From IMG/VR virus record IMGVR_UViG_3300045988_035261, positions 1-41,362 of that record: a DNA stretch of 41,362 nt; one strand, written 5' to 3'. Source of the stretch: a virus. Shown in pieces: positions 1-5,915 of the stretch (position 1 is the first letter of the stretch; each line of letters starts with the position of its first letter). Under the pieces are notes generated by a model that saw only the letters and a list, made by a program, of their open reading frames with translations, was not told the origin of the DNA and did no database searches. Made by a program: the position numbers and the translations under genes.

Positions 1-55
1 CCTACAAGGCTTTCAACTTCCTTTTTGCTGAACCTAACTCCAGCTACTCCTTTTA
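1..55. repeat. Terminal exact direct repeat, copy 1 (identical to 41308-41362)
   Basis: cctacaaggctttcaacttcctttttgctgaacctaactccagctactcctttta is present at both ends. This is read as a circular-assembly overlap. Confidence 0.95.
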
Positions 56-155
56 ATTGATGAAGTGTGCCTTTATCTCTCATGTTGTATACGCTTGTTT
101 CTGTACATTTCAGAAGTTTTGCCACTTCTGATACTGTATAAACTAGGCTTTCCAT
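1..155 (-). CDS. Excisionase/MerR-like HTH DNA-binding protein, N-terminal part (continues at 41307 down to 41166; 98 aa in total once the circle is closed)
   Basis: ATG is at complement 153-155. My translation reads MESLVYTVSEVAKLLKCTETSVYNMRDKGTLHQLKGVAGVRFSKKEVESLVG..., matching the excisionase-family HTH pattern (YTVxEVAxLL...xxxIY). The combined length of 297 nt is in frame. Confidence 0.7.
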   Translation of the reverse strand, partial: MESLVYTVSEVAKLLKCTETSVYNMRDKGTLHQLKGVAGVRFSKKEVESLV

Positions 156-382
156 CGCACCTCGCCCCTTGCGTTGAGGTCAGCAATTCTAGCTAACCTT
201 ACCCAAGATAGAACAACTTTTTTGTTCCATCTGGATTGATTTCTTGACGGCCATTTTTTCTTGATGAGTTTTCGCCAGTATTGGCCGTATTCATCATTAC
301 GGCCAGCCCAGCCAAATCTTGTGGATGTTTGTCCGTATCGTTTGTTGGCTAGTTTTAGATCCATTTGATTTTGTACTAGCAT
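143..382 (-). CDS. Hypothetical basic, Trp/Arg/Lys-rich early protein (79 aa)
   Basis: RBS AGAGGTGATTAG precedes the ATG. It sits in the early operon between the Cro-like and excisionase-like genes. No motif was recognised. Confidence 0.55.
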   Translation of the reverse strand: MLVQNQMDLKLANKRYGQTSTRFGWAGRNDEYGQYWRKLIKKKWPSRNQSRWNKKVVLSWVRLARIADLNARGEVRWKA

Positions 383-398
383 CTAATCACCTCTATAC

Positions 399-413
399 GT
401 GAATTTAATTCAC
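399..413. promoter_or_regulatory. Operator-like palindrome gtgaatt-t-aattcac (second copy of the switch operator)
   Basis: It has the same core as the palindrome at 640-658. It lies between the stop of the Cro-like gene and the RBS of the 79-aa ORF. Confidence 0.5.
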
Positions 414-417
414 TATT

Positions 418-612
418 TTATTTAAAAAAAATATCTTTTGTTTCTTTACTGGTCAATCTCAACATATCAACCAATCGTGCAATTTCACTAGCTTTAAATT
501 CGCTATCACCCCGCAACTTCTTATACAAAGCCTTTCTAGTGATGTTTAATTCACTAGCCACAAAGTTTAACTTAAAACCTTTAGCATTAATAAGTTCTTT
601 GAGTGTGTCCAT
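418..612 (-). CDS. Cro-like HTH regulator (64 aa; start moved to MDTLKEL)
   Basis: RBS GGGGGTG lies upstream of the ATG at 610-612. The protein has an HTH-like segment (FVASELNITRKALYKKLRG) and is divergent from the XRE repressor. The longer track ORF would run through the operator and promoter. Confidence 0.7.
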   Translation of the reverse strand: MDTLKELINAKGFKLNFVASELNITRKALYKKLRGDSEFKASEIARLVDMLRLTSKETKDIFFK

Positions 613-639
613 TCTACACCCCCTTTCGTATTTTGTTAT

Positions 640-658
640 GTGTGAATTTAATTCACAC
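640..658. promoter_or_regulatory. Operator palindrome gtgtgaatt-t-aattcacac
   Basis: 19-bp palindrome with 9-bp perfect arms, immediately downstream of the predicted early -10 element. Confidence 0.6.
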
Positions 659-662
659 TCAT

Positions 663-691
663 AATATAACATTATGGTGAATATGTGTCAA
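663..691 (-). promoter_or_regulatory. Early (lytic) promoter: -35 TTGACA (686-691), 17-bp spacer, -10 TATATT (663-668)
   Basis: Consensus sigma-A type hexamers on the minus strand, upstream of the Cro-like gene. Confidence 0.6.
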
Positions 692-709
692 CACTTTTTC
701 CTAAAAAAG

Positions 710-738
710 TTGATTTTTTTTCACGTTACATTTAAAAT
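710..738 (+). promoter_or_regulatory. Repressor promoter: -35 TTGATT (710-715), 17-bp spacer, -10 TAAAAT (733-738)
   Basis: Hexamers on the plus strand upstream of the XRE repressor. A perfect TATAAT at 739-744 is an alternative -10. Confidence 0.45.
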
Positions 739-772
739 TATAATGGATAATAGCGCTAAGAGGTGATTTGAT

Positions 773-1126
773 ATGACACTATATGACAATATAAAAACAT
801 TAAGAGAAAACCTGAAAATGTCGCAAGATGAGTTAGCAAGAAAAGTTGGTTATAAAGATAGAACCAGTATCGCTAAAATTGAAAGCGGTAAAATTGATTT
901 GGCTCAATCAAAAATATTTGCATTTGCTAAGGCTTTAAATACAACACCAGAAGATTTAATGGGTTTGCATTATTACAATGATCAAAAGGTGTCAGAATAC
1001 GCACAAGCAGTAAAAGATAACCCAAACCTTAAATTGCTATTTGATGCAAGTAAGGATATGTCCAAAGATGATATTGATTTTGTAATCAATACGATTGAAA
1101 TGTTAAAGAAACGTGAGGGCAAGTAA
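773..1126 (+). CDS. CI-like XRE-family HTH repressor (117 aa, no S24 peptidase domain)
   Basis: The segment MSQDELARKVGYKDRTSIAKIESGK is a classic XRE HTH. RBS AAGAGGTGA is present, and the gene is divergent from the Cro-like gene. Confidence 0.85.
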   Translation: MTLYDNIKTLRENLKMSQDELARKVGYKDRTSIAKIESGKIDLAQSKIFAFAKALNTTPEDLMGLHYYNDQKVSEYAQAVKDNPNLKLLFDASKDMSKDDIDFVINTIEMLKKREGK

Positions 1127-1127
1127 T

Positions 1128-1595
1128 ATGTTTATCCTTTCACTTATTATATTGTTAATAGTTATCATCATCGCATTTTATATTTTGACTAACTCAACAA
1201 GCTTTCATGACCAGATTGGATTTAAGAAATTTAGTTCTATTTGGCATTCCGAATGTGAAACAGCAAAAATGCGAAATGAAACACCAGATAAATATACAGC
1301 TACATATATTTATGCTATGAGCCTATTTAATAACGATATTACAATTTGCGACTTTATTATGAAAGAAATAGATATAAATGGTGGTCGTTTGCTTTATTTA
1401 GAAGTACTTAAAAATTACGAAATAAGCGATTTAGAGTTAAAGAAATTAGAAATGGTTGCTGATATTTATCCTTTTGACCCTCAGTTAGTTTTATTTATGC
1501 ATCTTAAAACCAAATATCATGGGAATTTAGCAAGTAAATACGCTTATGATTTATTATCAGCAAAATTAAAACCGTGGTTTTATAGAATAAAATAA
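1128..1595 (+). CDS. N-terminally membrane-anchored protein of the lysogeny operon (155 aa), a candidate superinfection-exclusion protein
   Basis: RBS GAGGG lies 7 nt before the ATG at 1128. The N-terminus MFILSLIILLIVIIIAFYIL is a TM helix. The gene sits between the repressor and integrase. Confidence 0.6.
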   Translation: MFILSLIILLIVIIIAFYILTNSTSFHDQIGFKKFSSIWHSECETAKMRNETPDKYTATYIYAMSLFNNDITICDFIMKEIDINGGRLLYLEVLKNYEISDLELKKLEMVADIYPFDPQLVLFMHLKTKYHGNLASKYAYDLLSAKLKPWFYRIK

Positions 1596-1661
1596 CATAC
1601 TAGATGTGTAAGTTTTCACGCATTTGGTCTTGTACAATAACCCTACAAAGGGGATGATAGT

Positions 1662-1922
1662 ATGAACATCAATTTGATTTACATAAAATTACGGAAAACA
1701 CAAACTGCGGTATTAAAACTAAACGATGATGGTACTTACACCATTCTCGTTAATAGTGATAAACCTATTGATGTACAACGTAAAGGTATACTACATGAGA
1801 TAGGTCATATATTAAATGATGATATGTACAGTCAGGCACACATTGATTTAATTGAGCGTATGGCTCATGCAAGGCAATTTGACGATGTAGAGGGTATTAA
1901 CTTTTACACACACATCATATGA
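1662..1922 (+). CDS. Mini ImmA/IrrE-like HExxH metallopeptidase (86 aa)
   Basis: Carries the motif GILHEIGHILNDD, has RBS AAGGGGA, and lies in the lysogeny operon next to the integrase. Confidence 0.6.
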   Translation: MNINLIYIKLRKTQTAVLKLNDDGTYTILVNSDKPIDVQRKGILHEIGHILNDDMYSQAHIDLIERMAHARQFDDVEGINFYTHII

Positions 1923-1930
1923 GGTGAATT

Positions 1931-2986
1931 ATGCAATACAATTTCACTATCAGAAAAAAAGATAAAGGATTTCAGATTATAGTTAGCTATAAGGACGGCT
2001 ACAAATGGAAACAGAAATCTAAACAGGGTTTTGCCACACAAAGAGAAGCCAAACTTTACGGCCAAGAAATAGTCGATAACCTAAAAAAGACTATCACCAG
2101 TCCACTTGATGATAGTCTAAAAGATATTACACTTATTGAGTTTTACAAAGTGTATACAGATGAAAACAAAGCAAATGTATATTCTACGTTCAAAGCATAT
2201 GACAATGCATTTCAGAAATTCAACGCACTATTCAATATGAAAGTAAAAGACATATCTGAAATACACATCCGAAAAGTAATTAACGATTTGCAACAATCAA
2301 TAGCTAGTAAGAATATGTGCATCACGATAATAACAAAGGTATTCGCTTATGCTGTATCGCCATATAGGATTATCAATAGTAGTCCTTGCAAGAATATTAA
2401 GCGGTTACATAAAACACAAACAACTAAAATCAACGCTATAAATGAAGATGATGTAACACACCTATTAACATCGTTAAAAGGCCACAATTACAAATACTAT
2501 ATCGTGTGTTCCATTGCTGCTTATACAGGTATGAGGTATGGAGAAATCTTAGGTCTTACATGGGATGATATAGATTTAGATAACGCTATTATTGATGTGA
2601 ATAAACAATTCGCTTATAGCGGTGAAAGTACATATATGATCCGTAATTTAAAGACGAAAAATAGTTACAGGAAAATACCAATACCACCCATACTGATTGA
2701 TATATTGCTTGAATACAAAAATACCACCAGCGGATTATATCTGTTCAACAATCCAACTGGCGGTACTGGTGCGGTATCAGTGATGATTAAACGCTACTTA
2801 CCGAACACATCAATCCATGATTTAAGGCACACATACGCTACAAGGCTATTGGCGAATGGTGTAGACATAAAAACAGTAGCATCATTGTTAGGTGATACTG
2901 TTGATACAGTCATTAATACGTACATTCACTATACCGATGAAATGAGATTAAAGGCACATGATAGTGTGTCTAAAATTTTCGGCTAG
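1931..2986 (+). CDS. int: Tyrosine site-specific integrase
   Basis: Box I TGMRYGEILGLTWDDID, box II HDLRHTYATRLL, and the catalytic Tyr context INTYIHYTDE. RBS GAGGTGA is present. Confidence 0.9.
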   Translation: MQYNFTIRKKDKGFQIIVSYKDGYKWKQKSKQGFATQREAKLYGQEIVDNLKKTITSPLDDSLKDITLIEFYKVYTDENKANVYSTFKAYDNAFQKFNALFNMKVKDISEIHIRKVINDLQQSIASKNMCITIITKVFAYAVSPYRIINSSPCKNIKRLHKTQTTKINAINEDDVTHLLTSLKGHNYKYYIVCSIAAYTGMRYGEILGLTWDDIDLDNAIIDVNKQFAYSGESTYMIRNLKTKNSYRKIPIPPILIDILLEYKNTTSGLYLFNNPTGGTGAVSVMIKRYLPNTSIHDLRHTYATRLLANGVDIKTVASLLGDTVDTVINTYIHYTDEMRLKAHDSVSKIFG

Positions 2987-2991
2987 AATTT

Positions 2992-3010
2992 TTGACGAAT
3001 TTATTGACGA
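2992..3010 (+). repeat. Direct repeat pair TTGACGAA/TTGACGA (candidate integrase arm-type sites, left)
   Basis: agaatttttgacgaatttattgacga lies immediately after the int stop and is repeated at 3185-3203. Confidence 0.45.
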
Positions 3011-3184
3011 TTAGACAATAAACCTTGTAATTACTGGTATTTTTAACTGATAAAACATATCAATATATTATACTCCAATTTACTATGAATTATCAATTAT
3101 TTCACAATTATTATTATACTTGCAATTAATCTTGGTTTCGGTAAATATTACTTCTCATATTTTACCACATTTTACAATTAGAAT

Positions 3185-3203
3185 TTGACGAATATTTGAC
3201 GAA
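3185..3203 (+). repeat. Direct repeat pair TTGACGAA/TTGACGAA (candidate integrase arm-type sites, right)
   Basis: agaatttgacgaatatttgacgaa has the same orientation as the left pair. The two pairs flank about 175 bp of AT-rich non-coding DNA, the likely attP core. Confidence 0.45.
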
Positions 3204-3204
3204 A

Positions 3205-3237
3205 TAAAAAAAGAGGGTAGCAATTAAGCTACCCTCT
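3205..3237 (-). terminator. Rho-independent terminator of the late/lysis operon
   Basis: Perfect 10-bp stem agagggtagc/gctaccctct with a 6-nt loop, followed on the minus strand by a run of 7 T. Confidence 0.8.
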
Positions 3238-3244
3238 AATACGT

Positions 3245-3409
3245 TTAGTCTAATTCAATTAATCGGTGTAGTTCGCCGTTTACGAACCACATTTCACATG
3301 TTACGTTATCACTATCTTTGAGAGTTGCCATATATAACCCCTCTTTGTGTGGTTGGATATCTTCTGCGAATTGATGTGTTTTTCCATTAAATGTAAATAC
3401 TTGTGCCAT
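3245..3409 (-). CDS. Small hypothetical protein (54 aa), absent from the ORF track; moron-like position next to attP
   Basis: My translation is MAQVFTFNGKTHQFAEDIQPHKEGLYMATLKDSDNVTCEMWFVNGELHRLIELD. RBS AAAGGAAAA lies 5 nt before the ATG, and the strong terminator follows the gene. Confidence 0.5.
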   Translation of the reverse strand: MAQVFTFNGKTHQFAEDIQPHKEGLYMATLKDSDNVTCEMWFVNGELHRLIELD

Positions 3410-3473
3410 AATGTTTTCCTTTCTTATTGAATAAGTAGTTGTTGCAATCCGTGCAACTCGGAGATAATTTAGA

Positions 3474-4046
3474 TCACCATTCCTTTACTGTGTAAAGCAC
3501 ACTACCGCCCTCTAAATGTTGTCCATTGAAATGTGTTAACACCTCAACTTTACCTGCTTGATAGCCTATCGTTTCAAAGGCTCGTTTATCTATCAAAGTA
3601 ACACCAGCTTTTATCTTGTGTCCTTTGTTTAGATTGATTTTATACACATCGACTTTTTGCTCGTCTGTGTTAGCAACTACTGCTGTTCTATCAGATTTTT
3701 CAGTTGCTGCTTTAGGTACATTAGGGTTGCTATGTGCAATATCCTGTTTAACCTTTTCTGCAGCAACTTCAACTGTTGGTGCTTGTGTGTAATAAGTCGC
3801 TATCGGTTGTGTTCTTTCCTTTTTGGAAATAACTTCCTGTGCTTCTGTTTCAGTAACATGAATTGCTTTTGACAATTCTGTAGGTGATTTAGCCTGCTCT
3901 TGTGTAATTACAACAGGCTTTTCTAATTGCTTTTGTTCGTGATGATATATTACTACACCTACAATAGCGATAAAAACGCATAGGGCAATCGCTATGGCTA
4001 TTTTATAGTGTTCCTTGATGGTTTGTACCAACTTACTAATTAACAT
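3474..4046 (-). CDS. N-terminally membrane-anchored protein (190 aa), translationally coupled to the endolysin
   Basis: TM helix IAIAIALCVFIAIVGVVIY. RBS GAGGT lies within the endolysin 3' end, with a 3-nt gap after the endolysin stop. Confidence 0.65.
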   Translation of the reverse strand: MLISKLVQTIKEHYKIAIAIALCVFIAIVGVVIYHHEQKQLEKPVVITQEQAKSPTELSKAIHVTETEAQEVISKKERTQPIATYYTQAPTVEVAAEKVKQDIAHSNPNVPKAATEKSDRTAVVANTDEQKVDVYKINLNKGHKIKAGVTLIDKRAFETIGYQAGKVEVLTHFNGQHLEGGSVLYTVKEW

Positions 4047-4049
4047 GGC

Positions 4050-4706
4050 TTATACCTCATTTAATTCAATTTGTAGCATTTCCAAGGCCCTAAACTTTTC
4101 ATCGGCGAAACGCTCGTTCAAATTATCACGCAACACGCTATTATTCCATTCTGTACTCATACATACATCATAGATACAAGCGATGATGTCATAGTCAAAG
4201 CGTTTATCATCAACGTAGGATAGATTAGGCAATTCTAAATTCAAAGCCTTTTCCATTAACTTCAATGCATCGTTGAACATATCAACGATATTACCTACAC
4301 CGTATTGTACCGTCCTACTCCATATCACATCTTTTAATGTATCGGAGTGTTTATCTACGTGGAACATATTGTCTTGTAACAACTTACACGCTACATCGTA
4401 GTATTTAGCTTTGATATAGTCATGTTGCATTTTGGCGAACCCTTGATTATCAATAGTTCCGATTTCTTTCCATTGTTCGATAAATTCATCACTATTGATT
4501 TCGCCACTATCTACTAATGCTCTTGCGTAGTCGGTGTAGTACCCACCTTGCCGTAATCCCCAGCCTAGAAATTCATCAACGCTACCGCAATTACTAGCTA
4601 ATTGATATGTACCATATGATATACCGCCTGCATCGTTAACCCCACTTGATACACAAGCAGGGTCTCCATTACTCTCATATACTGCACTTAATCCGCCTAA
4701 TTCCAT
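4050..4706 (-). CDS. Putative endolysin, lysozyme/chitosanase-like muramidase fold, no recognisable wall-binding domain
   Basis: The N-terminal motif VYESNGDP...DAGGISYGTYQL resembles the E-S-x-G...GG-x-S-Y-G-x-Y-Q signature of VgrG3-C-like and lysozyme-like hydrolases, which I am recalling from memory. The gene follows the holin genes. Confidence 0.55.
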   Translation of the reverse strand: MELGGLSAVYESNGDPACVSSGVNDAGGISYGTYQLASNCGSVDEFLGWGLRQGGYYTDYARALVDSGEINSDEFIEQWKEIGTIDNQGFAKMQHDYIKAKYYDVACKLLQDNMFHVDKHSDTLKDVIWSRTVQYGVGNIVDMFNDALKLMEKALNLELPNLSYVDDKRFDYDIIACIYDVCMSTEWNNSVLRDNLNERFADEKFRALEMLQIELNEV

Positions 4707-4870
4707 TTTTGCTGCTCCTTTCTATTACTTTCACGTCCGCCTAAGTACCCAACCAGTCCTGACGATATACTCATCGCCAGCTCGTTGTAACCATATAGGA
4801 TAGCCATTATATTTACAGTTCCTAATATGATGATTGTCAGCACTTCTCGTATGCTTATTTTTTCAATCAT
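4697..4870 (-). CDS. Small membrane protein (57 aa), absent from the ORF track; holin partner/antiholin candidate
   Basis: ATGA start/stop overlap with the upstream holin, and its TAG overlaps the endolysin ATG. My translation is MIEKISIREVLTIIILGTVNIMAILYGYNELAMSISSGLVGYLGGRESNRKEQQKWN. Confidence 0.55.
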   Translation of the reverse strand: MIEKISIREVLTIIILGTVNIMAILYGYNELAMSISSGLVGYLGGRESNRKEQQKWN

Positions 4871-5409
4871 TTAATCGCTTCCTTTACCGATTTAACGAAC
4901 CCTATCACCTGTTTAAATAATTCAATCGCACGCTTGAACCACCTCGTTTCAACAAATTCAAGTTCAATCATATTCTCTACACAACTTGCCAACTCAATGA
5001 ATATAGGAATCAAATACATCAAAGTACTTAAAAATACATCTACCTTGCCTAGTACAGGTATTTCTACATCTGGCAATGTCAACAATATAAATGACAATAA
5101 AAAAAGCCACGGATATGACATAACCAATTTCTTGGTCATGTCTGCTCGCAGCTTGTTACTAACTAAAAATCGCTTTTTCTTTCCGTCAATTTCTACTACC
5201 GCCCACCCTCTCCATAGGATAGCTAGTAAAGTATTTTTAATTGTAACCTCTCTCTTAGTTGCTAGATTGTAGTTTCTAGCCTCAACAAACACCCTTAGGA
5301 ATGTATCTACAAATACAAGGATTACGCTTGTAAATATAGCTAATGAAATTCGTACAGCCTCACTCACATTAAACACCTCATCAAACATTGGTAAAAATAT
5401 TTCAATCAT
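4867..5409 (-). CDS. Holin-like multi-pass membrane protein (180 aa)
   Basis: Has several hydrophobic helices. The segment ELASCVENMIELEF resembles the S-I-x-E-N motif of LL-H-type holins. The gene is immediately upstream of the endolysin. Confidence 0.55.
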   Translation of the reverse strand: MIEIFLPMFDEVFNVSEAVRISLAIFTSVILVFVDTFLRVFVEARNYNLATKREVTIKNTLLAILWRGWAVVEIDGKKKRFLVSNKLRADMTKKLVMSYPWLFLLSFILLTLPDVEIPVLGKVDVFLSTLMYLIPIFIELASCVENMIELEFVETRWFKRAIELFKQVIGFVKSVKEAIK

Positions 5410-5429
5410 TTATATCTCCCTGTGAATAA

Positions 5430-5915
5430 TCATTCTCCCTGTCTTGATATTACAAACCATGCATTTCTTCGATTGTTGTGGTCGTAAATGTAACATAGAG
5501 TTCCACTCCCATCCATGATTGTCAAATAGTTGTTTCCATTACCTGTTTTATGGTTTATTGCACATTGAAACACAATAACAACGTCTTTCCCCTCTGCAAG
5601 GGTAATTGTATTTGACTTGGTTGTTGATGCTCCAAGTGAGATTGAGTATTTCCCTTTTGGCAACCATAATTGAAATCTTTGTTCAAATTTTTCAAATTTT
5701 CTTTCGTATCGAAAGGTTTCAAAAAAGATAGGGTCTTTCTGTACATATTGTTTTTTGTTTTCCTTATATACAAACAGCTTGCTCGTATCGGTAGCAAGCC
5801 TAGCATAATAAGGCTTACCACCGATTAGAATTTTTAAATACTCATTATTCCCTATGTCTTTGACGTTTTCAGTTAGTGTAGCTACAACTTCCCCATTAAT
5901 AGTAATATTAGCCAT
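5430..5915 (-). CDS. Hypothetical protein downstream of the tail fibre (161 aa)
   Basis: RBS GAGGTAGG is present, and there is an 8-nt overlap with the tail fibre gene end. No motif was recognised. Confidence 0.6.
   Translation of the reverse strand: MANITINGEVVATLTENVKDIGNNEYLKILIGGKPYYARLATDTSKLFVYKENKKQYVQKDPIFFETFRYERKFEKFEQRFQLWLPKGKYSISLGASTTKSNTITLAEGKDVVIVFQCAINHKTGNGNNYLTIMDGSGTLCYIYDHNNRRNAWFVISRQGE

Noticed and set aside
1-55. The terminal repeat as a genuine T7-style direct terminal repeat
   Set aside because: It is short compared with the DTRs of T7-like phages, which are well over 100 bp. It falls in the middle of an ORF that becomes intact on circularisation. It also equals a commonly used assembler k-mer length, so a circular-assembly overlap is more likely. 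Only read-terminus data can settle this.
418-672. Longer 84-aa version of the Cro-like ORF
   Set aside because: The extra 20 codons would cover the operator palindrome and the -10 region. A strong RBS (GGGGGTG) precedes the internal ATG at 612.
5555-5821. Nested minus-strand ORFs in alternative frames (5555-5821, 8909-9121, 22576-22779 and 26320-26505)
   Set aside because: Each is fully contained within a longer, better-supported gene on the same strand, with no independent RBS or motif.
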